NCBI GenBank assembly: GCA_965248355.1
Contig: OZ252098.1
Coordinates: 1,152,001-1,216,000, forward strand
DNA: 64,000 nt
Source: Candidatus Latescibacterota bacterium
GTDB lineage: Bacteria; Latescibacterota; UBA2968; UBA8231
Direction: 5' to 3'
Part shown: positions 1 through 9,340 of the stretch, piece after piece
How the letters are laid out: each line of letters begins with the position of its first letter
How positions within the stretch are numbered: position 1 is the first letter of the stretch
The notes under the pieces: generated by a model
Seen by the model: the letters and a program-made list of their open reading frames with translations, nothing else
Told to the model about the DNA's origin: nothing
Databases searched by the model: none
Position numbers and translations under genes: made by a program

Positions 1-711
1 CAGGGAGCCGCAGCACTCCTGTCCCGGCGGCAGCTCGACCTGAAAGCCGTTGGCCTGCAGGACCTCGATCGTGTCGGCGTTGACGTGGGCGAAGGCGATA
101 TCCTGCACGCAGCCGCTGATCAGGCCGACCCGGCGCGATGCCGCCGTCGGATTGCGGGCGGCGTACCGGGCCTCGAACAACTGGTGCGTGAACCGGGGGC
201 TGACGCGCGGCGTCAGCGACTCCAACTCGCGGAGACGCCTGGGGGCCAGCCGCAGCAGCCCGAGGCGGTGAATGGCCTGCTCCAGGCCGCAGCGCTGGTA
301 CAGACGGAGGAGACGGCCGAGAACGTGCAGCCGGCGCCTGGAGGTGAACAGCCACCGGAGCATGAGGCCGCGGATCGCCGAGCGCCCGGGCGCGGCCAGG
401 ACGCCGCTGCGCTCGACCTCGGCCCGGGCCGTCTCGATCAGCTGCGCATAGTCGACTCCGGCGGGACAGGCGGTCTGGCAGGCCAGGCAGCCGAGACAGA
501 AGTACATCTCGTCGCCGAAGGCCTCGCTCACCTCCAGCCGGCCTTCGGCGACGGCCCGCATCATGGCGATGCGCCCCCTGGGCGAGGAGCGCTCCTTCAG
601 GGTCGCGTCGTAGGTCGGGCAGGTGGGCAGGCACAAGCCGCAGTGCATGCACTGCTGAAGGACGGAGAAATCGAGATTCTGGAGCAGGTTGGGATCGGAG
701 GAGGGGTTCAA
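1..711 (-). CDS. glcF: Glycolate oxidase iron-sulfur subunit (GlcF-like, 4Fe-4S dicluster + CCG domain), 3'-truncated by window edge
   Basis: Not in the ORF track. Manual translation from TTG at 711 gives QQCMHCGLCLPTCPTY...SPRGRIAMMRAV...CLGCLACQTACPAGV...QECCGSL. Lies directly downstream of glcD. Confidence 0.9.
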   Translation of the reverse strand, partial: MNPSSDPNLLQNLDFSVLQQCMHCGLCLPTCPTYDATLKERSSPRGRIAMMRAVAEGRLEVSEAFGDEMYFCLGCLACQTACPAGVDYAQLIETARAEVERSGVLAAPGRSAIRGLMLRWLFTSRRRLHVLGRLLRLYQRCGLEQAIHRLGLLRLAPRRLRELESLTPRVSPRFTHQLFEARYAARNPTAASRRVGLISGCVQDIAFAHVNADTIEVLQANGFQVELPPGQECCGSL

Positions 712-714
712 GGA

Positions 715-2103
715 TCAGTCGAAGATCTTGCCGGGATTGAGGAGGCCCGCCGGGTCGAAGGCGGCCTTCAGCCGGCGCATCGCCTCCAGGGGCACGGCGC
801 CGACCGCGTCCGGCAGGAAGGGCTTCTTGGCCAGCCCCACGCCGTGCTCCCCCGTGATCGTGCCTCCCATGGCCACGGCGGCCTCGAAGACCTCCTTCAT
901 CGCCGCCTCGACGCGCTCCATGACCGCGGCGTCGCGCTCGTCGGCCAGGAAGGTGGGATGGAGGTTGCCGTCGCCCATGTGGCCGAAGGTGCCGACGGTC
1001 ACCTCGTGGGCGCCGGCGATGCGCTGGATCTCGGCGACCATCCGGGCCAGCTCGCTGCGGGGCACGGTGATGTCCTCGAGGATCACCGTGGGGGCCCGCC
1101 GCGCCAGGGCGCTGAAGGCCGTCCTCCGGGCGCTCGCCAACTGCGCCGCCTCCGCCGCCGAGGCCGCCCGGCGGACCTCTCGGGCCCCGTGGCCGCGGGC
1201 GATCTCCTCGACCCGGACGGCCTGCTCCTCCACCTCGGCCGGGTGGCCGTCGACCTCCATGAGGGTCACCGCCTCCACGTCGGTGGGCAGCCCGATGCGG
1301 GCGTAAGCCTCGACGCACTCCACCGTCGTCCGGTCGAGGAACTCCAGGGTGCAGGGGATGATGCGGGCGCGGATGAGGGCGGAAATCGTCTCGGCGGCGT
1401 CGGTCATGCGGTCGAACAGTCCCAGGAGCGTGGCCCGGGCCGCCGGGGCCGGGATCAGCTTGAGGGTGATGCGGGTGATGATCCCCAGGCTCCCCTCGGA
1501 GCCGATGAACAGGTCGCGCAGGGAGAAGCCGGCCACGTCCTTGACGCACTTGGTGCCCGTCTCCAGCACGGTGCCGTCGGCGAGCACCACCTGCAGGGCC
1601 ATCACGTAGTCGCGGGTGACGCCGTACTTCAGCCCCCGCAGGCCGCCGGAGTTGTTGGCCACGTTGCCGCCGATGGTGGAGATCTTGATCGACCCGGGAT
1701 CGGGCGGGTAGAACAGGCCGGCGGCGGCGGCCTCGTCGGCCACCCGCTGGGTGAGCACGCCGGGCTCGACGACCATGGCCAGGTTCGCCGCGTCGACCTC
1801 GAGGATGCGGTCGAGCTTCACCAGGCACAGCACCAGGCTGCCCTCGGAGGGGACGGAACCGCCGGCCAGCCCGGTGCCGGAGCCGCGGGTGACCACCGGC
1901 ACGCCGTGGCGGCTGGCCAGGGCGACCACCTCGGCCACCTGCTCCACTCGCTCGGGCAGGACGACGCAGGCCGGCGGCTGGTTCAGCAGGGCGGTGCCGT
2001 CGAAGGCGTACACGCCCAACTCCTCGGGCTCGGTCAGCACGGCGCCATCGCCGGCGACCCCCCGCAGGGCGGCGACGAAGGCGGGATCGTCCGCCGCGGT
2101 CAC
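715..2103 (-). CDS. glcD: FAD-linked glycolate oxidase subunit GlcD / D-2-hydroxyacid dehydrogenase
   Basis: Motifs RGSGTGLAGG, YPPDPGS, TIGGNVANNSGG, KYGVTRDYV, GHMGDGNLH, TGEHGVG, LNPGKIF. GTG start at 2103 overlaps the upstream stop (GTGA). Confidence 0.92.
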   Translation of the reverse strand: MTAADDPAFVAALRGVAGDGAVLTEPEELGVYAFDGTALLNQPPACVVLPERVEQVAEVVALASRHGVPVVTRGSGTGLAGGSVPSEGSLVLCLVKLDRILEVDAANLAMVVEPGVLTQRVADEAAAAGLFYPPDPGSIKISTIGGNVANNSGGLRGLKYGVTRDYVMALQVVLADGTVLETGTKCVKDVAGFSLRDLFIGSEGSLGIITRITLKLIPAPAARATLLGLFDRMTDAAETISALIRARIIPCTLEFLDRTTVECVEAYARIGLPTDVEAVTLMEVDGHPAEVEEQAVRVEEIARGHGAREVRRAASAAEAAQLASARRTAFSALARRAPTVILEDITVPRSELARMVAEIQRIAGAHEVTVGTFGHMGDGNLHPTFLADERDAAVMERVEAAMKEVFEAAVAMGGTITGEHGVGLAKKPFLPDAVGAVPLEAMRRLKAAFDPAGLLNPGKIFD

Positions 2104-2774
2104 AGGTGCTCGCAGCGGTTCAGGTAGCGGACCACGCTGCCATCGGCGTCGAGGTGGAACCGGCTGATGGCCGTGTTCTCGTGCTCGTAGGAGAGACCCT
2201 GGCTGGGCAGCTGGTCGCCGAGGGCCTTGACCAGTCCGCTCATGAAGTCGCCGTGGGTGACGATGGCCAGGCGCTCGCGCCCACTCTCCGCCCCCTGCCG
2301 GGCCCGCTCCCTGAGCTCCTGGGCCACGGCCATGGCGCGGCCCCTCCCGGCGTGCTTCGTCTCCTGCCCGCCCGACCACCAGCCCTTCTCTCCGATCCCA
2401 TCGGGCAGCCCGACGCCGGGAAAGCCGCTGCGGATCTCCCCACGGGTCATCCCGTGCAGGTCCCCCTTGCCGGCCTGCCAGATGCCGCCGACCTCGTGGA
2501 TGTCGACCCAGACCTCGGCGGCGGCGCCGAGAGCGCCGGCGATGGGCCGGGCCGTCTGCAGGGCCCGCAGCATGGGGCTGCAGTAGAGGCTGTCGAGGCC
2601 GGGGCGGCCGTCCCGCTCCGAGGGATCGAGGTGGCCGCCGCGGGCCAGGTGCGAAGCCACCCGCCTGGCCTGCTCCTCTCCCAAGCCGGTCAGGGGCGGA
2701 TCGGAAACCCGTTGAGAGCTGTCCTCCAGGGCGTTGTTGTACGACTCTCCGTGACGAATGAAGAACAGATCCAT
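2100..2774 (-). CDS. Histidine phosphatase superfamily protein (phosphoglycerate mutase-like)
   Basis: MDLFFIRHGES (RHG motif), SPMLRALQTA, IVTHG, N-T-A-I-S motif near the C-terminus. Confidence 0.88.
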   Translation of the reverse strand: MDLFFIRHGESYNNALEDSSQRVSDPPLTGLGEEQARRVASHLARGGHLDPSERDGRPGLDSLYCSPMLRALQTARPIAGALGAAAEVWVDIHEVGGIWQAGKGDLHGMTRGEIRSGFPGVGLPDGIGEKGWWSGGQETKHAGRGRAMAVAQELRERARQGAESGRERLAIVTHGDFMSGLVKALGDQLPSQGLSYEHENTAISRFHLDADGSVVRYLNRCEHL

Positions 2775-2822
2775 CGCTTGCCAATCACCAGATGTCGGGC
2801 TGGGATGCCGGCGGCGGCCCGG

Positions 2823-2852
2823 TTGCCTGACTCGCGGCGGGCGCCGTAGGTT
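2823..2852 (+). promoter_or_regulatory. Putative sigma70 promoter of pepA-dcd
   Basis: TTGCCT-18 nt-TAGGTT in the divergent intergenic gap upstream of pepA. Confidence 0.35.
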
Positions 2853-2919
2853 ACGCGCCTTTCCTCCACCCGAAGGAGCTTCGGCCGAAGGCCGGGAGGC
2901 CGCGCGCCGACTCGAACTC

Positions 2920-4434
2920 ATGAACATAACCGTTCGTCAGGACGAGATACAGAAGACGCCGAACGAGGCCATCGTCGTCAACCTGTTCCAGGGCGCGAGG
3001 CCCGGCGGGGCCACCGCCGCCGTCGACGCCGAGCTCGGAGGCCTCATCGGCCGGGTCGTCGACAGCGGCGACTTCACGGGAGCGAAGAACCGCACCCTGA
3101 TGCTCTATCCCGAAGCCGGCCGCCTCCCGGCGCGCCGGGTGCTGCTGGTGGGACTGGGCCCGCAGAAGAAGTTCGACCTGGAGACGGCCCGCCAGGTCGC
3201 CGGCACGGCTGCCCGGCGCCTGCAGAACCTGGGCGTGGAGAAGGCGGCCACCGTCCTCCACGGCGCCGGAGCCGGGGGCCTGGAGGCCGAGGCGGCGGCC
3301 CAGGCCGTGGCCGAGGCCAGCGTCCTGGCCTGCTACCGCTTCGACGAGTACAAGTCGAAGGCGGAGGAGGCCACCCGGCTGCGCCAACTGACGGTCGTCG
3401 AGTTCGACGGCCGCCGGCTGGCGGCGATCCGGCGCGGGGTGCGCATGGGGCGCTGGATCGCCGAAGGCACCTGCCTGGCCCGCGACCTGGTCAACCACCC
3501 CGGCAACACCGCGACACCCGCTTTCCTGGCCCGCCGGGCGCGGTCGCTGGCGCGCCGGCACGACGGCCTGCGCTGCCGGGTCCTCGACGAGGCGGCCATG
3601 CGCAAGGAAGGCATGGGCGCCCTGCTCGGAGTCTCCGCGGGCAGCGCCGAGCCGGCCAAGCTCATCCTCCTCGAGCACGGGCTGAGCCCCCGCCGTCGCA
3701 CTGGACGGAAGAAGCCCCTCGTCTTCGTCGGCAAGGGCGTCACCTTCGACTCCGGCGGCATCTCCATCAAGCCGGGCGCCGGCATGGCCGACATGAAGAT
3801 GGACATGTCCGGCGCCGCCGCCGTGATCGGCGCCATGCAGGTGGTGGCCCAGGCGGGCCTCGAGCAGCCCGTGGTCGGCATCGTCCCGGCCACCGAGAAC
3901 CTGCTCGACGGGAAGGCCTACAAGCCGGGGGACGTGCTCACCTCAATGGCGGGAAAGACGATCGAGATCGACAACACCGACGCCGAGGGCCGCCTGATCC
4001 TGGCCGACGCCCTGTCCTACGCGCAGCGCTACGAGCCGGCGGCGATCGTCGATCTGGCCACCCTCACCGGCGCCTGCGTCGTCGCCCTCGGATCCCACGC
4101 CAGCGGGCTGATGGGCAACGACGACGGCCTGGCGGCCCGGGTCGAAGCGGCGGCCGCGGCGACGGCCGAGAGGGTCTGGCGCCTGCCCCTGTGGCCGGAG
4201 TACCGGGATCAGATCAAGAGCCAGGTGGCCGACATGAAGAACACGGGCGGACGGGATGGGGGCGCGATCACCGCCGCGGCCCTGCTGGCCGAGTTCGCCG
4301 GCGACACGCCCTGGGTTCACCTCGACATCGCCGGAACCGCCTGGACGGACAGGGCCCGGCCGTACGTGCCCAGGGGCGGCGTCGGCGTCGGCGTCCGCCT
4401 CCTGGTCGAGCTGGCCCGCCGGAGCCCGAAGTGA
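2920..4434 (+). CDS. pepA: Leucyl aminopeptidase (M17)
   Basis: VGKGVTFDSGGISIKP, MKMDMSG, NTDAEGRLILAD, DLATLTGA, WVHLDIAG. Confidence 0.96.
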   Translation: MNITVRQDEIQKTPNEAIVVNLFQGARPGGATAAVDAELGGLIGRVVDSGDFTGAKNRTLMLYPEAGRLPARRVLLVGLGPQKKFDLETARQVAGTAARRLQNLGVEKAATVLHGAGAGGLEAEAAAQAVAEASVLACYRFDEYKSKAEEATRLRQLTVVEFDGRRLAAIRRGVRMGRWIAEGTCLARDLVNHPGNTATPAFLARRARSLARRHDGLRCRVLDEAAMRKEGMGALLGVSAGSAEPAKLILLEHGLSPRRRTGRKKPLVFVGKGVTFDSGGISIKPGAGMADMKMDMSGAAAVIGAMQVVAQAGLEQPVVGIVPATENLLDGKAYKPGDVLTSMAGKTIEIDNTDAEGRLILADALSYAQRYEPAAIVDLATLTGACVVALGSHASGLMGNDDGLAARVEAAAAATAERVWRLPLWPEYRDQIKSQVADMKNTGGRDGGAITAAALLAEFAGDTPWVHLDIAGTAWTDRARPYVPRGGVGVGVRLLVELARRSPK

Positions 4435-4489
4435 CGGCCCCCGGCCCCCGGGCCGGGGAGGTCCGCGGCCTTTCCGGGGCCGCCGGCGC

Positions 4490-5023
4490 ATGATCCTCTC
4501 CGATGCCAGCCTGCGGCAGCTGCTGGCCTCGGGGAAGCTGAGCATCGATCCTCTCGACGACGACCAGATCCAGCCCGCCTCGGTCGACCTGCGGCTCTCC
4601 GACCACTTCCTCAAGGTCGACGAGAACCGCCTGGAGGCGATCCGCCTGGACACGGAGGTGCCCTACGAGGAACTGACCCAGAGCCGGATCGTCATCCCCC
4701 CGCACTCCTTCCTGCTGGCCACGACCCGCGAGCGCATCCGGCTGCCCGACGACGTGACCGCCTTCGTCGAAGGCCGCAGCTCCATCGGCCGCATCGGCCT
4801 CTTCATCCAGAACGCGGGCTGGGTCGACCCCGGGTTCCAGGGGACCCTGACCCTCGAGCTGTTCAACGCCAACCGCCTGCCCATCCGCCTGCAGGAGGGC
4901 CGCCGGATCTGCCAGCTGGTCTTCGCCCGCATGGACCGCGCCGCCTCTCGTCCCTACGACGGCAAGTATCAGAACCAGACGCGGGCCACGGGCAGCCGCA
5001 TCCGCCTCGACCCGGATCGCTGA
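4490..5023 (+). CDS. dcd: dCTP deaminase
   Basis: MILSD, QIQPASVDLRL, EGRSSIGRIGL, VDPGFQGTLTLE, RICQLVF, YDGKYQNQ. Confidence 0.95.
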   Translation: MILSDASLRQLLASGKLSIDPLDDDQIQPASVDLRLSDHFLKVDENRLEAIRLDTEVPYEELTQSRIVIPPHSFLLATTRERIRLPDDVTAFVEGRSSIGRIGLFIQNAGWVDPGFQGTLTLELFNANRLPIRLQEGRRICQLVFARMDRAASRPYDGKYQNQTRATGSRIRLDPDR

Positions 5024-5070
5024 AGGCCGGAGCCGCGTCACCACTTCCCCGCGGCCATGTGCTGAGACAG

Positions 5071-7487
5071 ATGGGAATCCCTGGGGCGAGAATCAGGGCG
5101 ACCACCTTCTGTCTCTTCCTTTGCCTAGTTCTGGGTTTCTCCCTGCGCTTCGTCGGCTTGACCCGCGGGGACAGCTCCACGGGCAGGGCCTTCCATCACT
5201 TCCATCCCGATGAGACCACACTGGTCCAGACCGCTCTGAACCCCATTGACCCCTTTTCTCCCCGGCTCACCAGCTACGGCCTGCTGCCTGTCTATCTCCT
5301 TCGCGGGGTCCTGAAATTCAACCGGATCGTCATGGGCTGGGAGTTCGGGAACCAGGACTCTACCGAATCGGTCCGGTATGTCTACCTGACCGCCCGCACC
5401 CTGGCGGCCCTGGTGTCCTGTCTGACCCTCTGCCTGGTCTGGCTGCTGGGTCACCGCTGGTTCGGTGAACTCACCGGACTGCTCGCTGCCCTGGTGGTTG
5501 CCGTGGCCCCCCTGGCCATCCAGGCAGCCCACTTCTATACCGTGGACGGGCTGTTCACGCTGCTGATCCTCGCCGCGCTCCTCTGCCTGTTGCATGCCTT
5601 GGAAGGCAATGACCGACGGTGGTTCCTGGTCACCGGCATGTTGGCGGGATTGGCCGGTGCCGTGCGCCTGATCGGCCTGTCGGTGGGGCTCGTGTTGGTG
5701 ACCGGACTCCTCATCCGCCACCGCCGGGAACTCAAGCTGGCCGCCTTGGCGTCTCCGGGCTGGCGGGCCGGGATGGCCGGGCTGGGGTGCGTGTTGGTAC
5801 TGCTTGCCTTGCAGCCCTTTCTCCTCACCGATTGGGAGTTGATCTCCCGGGTTCATTCGGTGAACGATCTGGCCTATGCCGTCAAGGTGGCACAAGGGGA
5901 GATTCTCACTTCCTGGACACTGTCGGATGTTCATACCACCCCTTACCTGCATCACTGGATTCACCTTTGGCCTCTAGGGGTGGGCTGGCCTCTCACCGTC
6001 CTCTTCTGCTTCGGAATCGTCACGGTCTTTGCACCGTTGACCGTCGGAAGGGACTGCTCCTCCTGTGGGCAGGGATCCATTTCGCCCTCATCGGCGGCCT
6101 GCTCACCAAGCCCATACGGTACCTCCTGCCCCTGCTGCCCTTCCTTGCCGTTCTGACGGCCGATCTCTGTGTCTGGCTGGTCCATTCCCCTCGATTTGTC
6201 CGCATGCGCAAGCTGGCCATCGCCATCCTCGCCGCGGTGCTCGTCTACAGTGCGACTTACGGCTTTGCCTTTGCAGGCCTCTATGTCCAGGAGGACAGCC
6301 GCATCGAGGCGGCGCGCTGGATAGAGGACCAGATCCCGGACAACAGCCGAATCGGCCTGGAACAGGGTGCCTTCACAATGCGGGGAATGGTCGGCAACAA
6401 GCATAGGGTACGATTCCTCGGTACCGGCATGCTCTTCAGCATGCGAGGATATACGACCTGCCGTGCGGAGCTCAACTGGCTCCAGCACCACTTCCAGGAC
6501 GTGGACTACTTGTCCATCATCGACGTCAATCGCTACTTGCAATTCACAGCCGTCCCGGACCTGATCCCGGGCGGTGCGGCCTTCTACCAGGCCCTGGTAG
6601 ATGAGAAACTGGGCTTCGACCTGGTACATCGGATCGAGCGCTATCCTTCTCTCGGCGGTCTCGAATTCCGGGACGATCAAAGCGATCCTTCGTTCACCGG
6701 CTACGACCACCCGACGGTCCTGATCTTCAGGAAGAGGAATGACGCCGCCTGGCATGAAGGTCTGGAGCAACTGAGGACACGACTCTCCACGAGCGTCCAC
6801 TGCGTTGATCCCTTCCTGGAGACGGCAAGCTCTGCTCTCCAGGAAGGAGATCTCGATCAGAGCTTGATCTGGACTCGAATAGCGACCCGGAAAGTGCCAC
6901 AGAACAGGATCGCCCACTTGATCGAAGCCGATCTGCTCGTGCGAATGGGAGGATCAAACCGGGAAGCTTCGGAGGCATACCATGCCGACCTGCTCAAGCT
7001 GGACCGGATCCCCGCCGACGCTGTGCTGGCTACCGGGATGAGCCTGTTCGAGTTGGGATTGAAGGACCTGGCCATGTCCGCCCTCGAGACAGGGGTCTCG
7101 GCAACGAGCCAGGACGACAGGATTCCCAAGGAACCGATGGCCCGCATCTATATGCATTGGGCGTCATACCTGAAGGAAGACCTCGAGTCGGAGGAGGAGG
7201 CCGCCAAGGTCCTGTTGCTGTCCACCCGCCTTCATCCTATTCCCCTGGCCTACAACAGGCTTGCCACAGGGGCTATCGAGAGGAAGGACTACGAGCAATC
7301 AGCAGAGTACCTTGAACAATCGTTGCGGTTGGACCCCAACCAGGCGAGCGTCCACGCCACCCTCGGCCAGATAGCGACGGAGACGGGTGATTCGGACACC
7401 GCCCTGCATCACTTCAAGAGAGCCCTTGAGTTGAATCCGGCACTGAAGGACCACCTCGGCCCGTGGATAACGGTGCATGGAGACTGA
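5071..7487 (+). pseudogene. GT-C (ArnT/PMT, GT39/83-like) membrane glycosyltransferase with C-terminal TPRs, split by one frameshift near 6020 (real lesion or sequencing error)
   Basis: First frame: FHPDE, multiple TM helices, AHFYTVD. Second frame: KPIRYLLPLLPFL, DSRIEAARWI, SFTGYDHPTVLIF, TPR-like tail (LEQSLRLDPN...ALELNP). The frames join if one base is added at 'atc gt cac ggt' (~6020). Codon usage is visibly lower-GC than the flanks. Confidence 0.75.
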
Positions 7488-7558
7488 TCGGAGATGCCAT
7501 GGCCCCGAGCGGCGGCATCGGCACCGTTGTTCATGTGCGCCTGCAACTGTTCCTTCCG

Positions 7559-7786
7559 CAACTGCGGGCCCTGGGCGAGGCCGGCAGCGTGGTAGGCATC
7601 ACTTCGTGCCCTGCTTCATCGACGCCGACGCGCCCGACCTGGGACGCCTGCTCGATCACGTGCCGCACGCCGGGTGTTACCCGGAGATCACCGCACGGAT
7701 GCTCGACCACGGCGCCGGCGAGGAAGCGGGTGCGCGGCATCGTGGGCGCCAACCACCTGCGCCTGCTGCGGCAGGTGGTTGGGTAT
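7559..7786 (+). pseudogene. Degraded C-terminal remnant of a membrane dipeptidase (M19-like)
   Basis: Stitching across two frameshifts (~7604, ~7728) gives QLRALGEAGSVVGIT/FVPCFIDADAPDLGRLLDHV..YPEITARMLDHGAGEEA/VRGIVGANHLRLLRQVVG. The N-terminus and the GSDFDG segment are missing. Confidence 0.65.
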
Positions 7787-7796
7787 CGGCCAACGC

Positions 7797-9305
7797 TCAG
7801 GCGAGGCCGTACAGGGGCCGGTACTTGCCCTCGAGGTATTCCATCAGGTAGTCGACCCGCAGGGGCTCGCCGGTGACCTCCCGCACCAGCTCGGAGGCCG
7901 TGAGGCGGCTGCCCCGGCCGTGGATGTTCTCGCGCAGCCAGCCCAGCAGCCCGGACAGCTCGCCCCGCCGGATCCGGCCGGGCAGATCGTCCAGATCGGC
8001 GCACGCCCGGCGGTAGAACTGGGCCCCGTACAGGTTGCCGAGGGTGTAGGTGGGGAAGTACCCGATCAGACCCAGCGACCAGTGGATGTCCTGCAGGACC
8101 CCCTCGGCGTCCGAGCCGGGCCGGAGGCCCAGGTCGGACTCCATGCGGTCGTTCCAGGCGCCGGGCAGATCCCCCACCTCCAGCTCTCCATCCAGCAGCG
8201 CCTTCTCCAGCTCGTAGCGCAGCAGGATGTGCAGATCGTAGGTCATCTCGTCGGCCTCGACCCGGATGAGCGACCTCTCGACGCGGTTGACGGCGGCGTA
8301 GAACCGGTCCACGCCGACGCCCTCGAGCTGCCGCGGGAAGCAACGGGCGAGCTGCGGCAGGTAGTGCCCCCAGAACTCTCGGCTGCGGCCGACCCGGTTC
8401 TCCCACAGGCGCGACTGGGACTCGTGGATCCCCAGGGAGACGGACCGGCCCACGGGCAGCCCCCCGGCCTCGGCCGGCAGCCCCTGCTCGTAGAGGCCGT
8501 GGCCGGCCTCGTGGATGATGCCGAAGAGGGCGCTGGTGAGCTGGCCGGCGTTGTAACGGGTGGTGAGGCGCACGTCCCCGGGATGGCTGCCGGAGCAGAA
8601 GGGATGGACGGAGACGTCGAGGCGTCCGGCCTCCATGTCGAAGCCGAGGTCGTCCAGGACCCGGCGTCCGAAGCTCTCCTGCACGGCGATGTCGTAGTCC
8701 TGGTCCAGCAGATCGTCGCCCTTCGCCGCCGCCTCGCTGCCCAGGATCTCCTCCACGAGAGGGACCAGCCTGCGGCGGAGCTCGGCGAGCAGGGGGTCGA
8801 CCTCCTCCACGAGGGCGTGGGGTTCGTAGTCGTCGAGGAGGGCGTTGTAGACCGAGCCCGTGAACCCCACGGCGTGGGCCTCCTGCTTCTTGAGATCGAG
8901 GATCTTCTCCAGCCACGGCTGGAAGCGGCCGAACTCCGACTTCTCGCGGGCCTCGACCCAGGCCTCGTGGGCCAGCGACTCGGTGCGACTCAGCTCGACC
9001 ACCAGCTCCTTCGGGACGCGCACGGCGCGGTCCTGGTCGCGCTTCAGCTCGCGCACGTTGACACCTTCGTCGCCGGTCAGGCCCGCCCCGTGCAGGGCCT
9101 CCACCAGCTGGACGAAGTCCGGCGCCGTGAGCTTGTCGTGCGCCAGCCCGGCCAGCGTGCCCAGGCTGCTGGCCCGGGCCTCGCTGCCCCGCCGGGGCAT
9201 GCACGTCTCCTGGTCCCAGTGGAGCAGGCCTTCGGCGTGAGCGATGTCGGCCAGCTCCATGGCCGTGGCCTTGAAGCGCTCGTATCGGTCCCCCGAATTG
9301 CTCAT
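7797..9305 (-). CDS. Carboxypeptidase Taq family (M32)
   Basis: LLHWDQET, VHPF, HEAGHGLYEQ, IHESQSRLWEN, IRVEADE, LQDIHW, GYFPTYTLG. Confidence 0.95.
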   Translation of the reverse strand: MSNSGDRYERFKATAMELADIAHAEGLLHWDQETCMPRRGSEARASSLGTLAGLAHDKLTAPDFVQLVEALHGAGLTGDEGVNVRELKRDQDRAVRVPKELVVELSRTESLAHEAWVEAREKSEFGRFQPWLEKILDLKKQEAHAVGFTGSVYNALLDDYEPHALVEEVDPLLAELRRRLVPLVEEILGSEAAAKGDDLLDQDYDIAVQESFGRRVLDDLGFDMEAGRLDVSVHPFCSGSHPGDVRLTTRYNAGQLTSALFGIIHEAGHGLYEQGLPAEAGGLPVGRSVSLGIHESQSRLWENRVGRSREFWGHYLPQLARCFPRQLEGVGVDRFYAAVNRVERSLIRVEADEMTYDLHILLRYELEKALLDGELEVGDLPGAWNDRMESDLGLRPGSDAEGVLQDIHWSLGLIGYFPTYTLGNLYGAQFYRRACADLDDLPGRIRRGELSGLLGWLRENIHGRGSRLTASELVREVTGEPLRVDYLMEYLEGKYRPLYGLA

Positions 9306-9340
9306 CTTTTCTCCATCCCTTCTCCAAGGAGCGAGCCCCC

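Noticed and set aside
6005..6050. Programmed ribosomal frameshift or phase variation in the GT-C gene
   Set aside because: No slippery heptamer, homopolymer run or short tandem repeat at the junction; a simple 1-nt deletion or sequencing error is more likely.
5024..7560. Mobile element (IS, prophage, integron cassette) explaining the lower-GC segment
   Set aside because: No transposase or integrase, terminal inverted repeats, target duplication or attC-like site was recognised.
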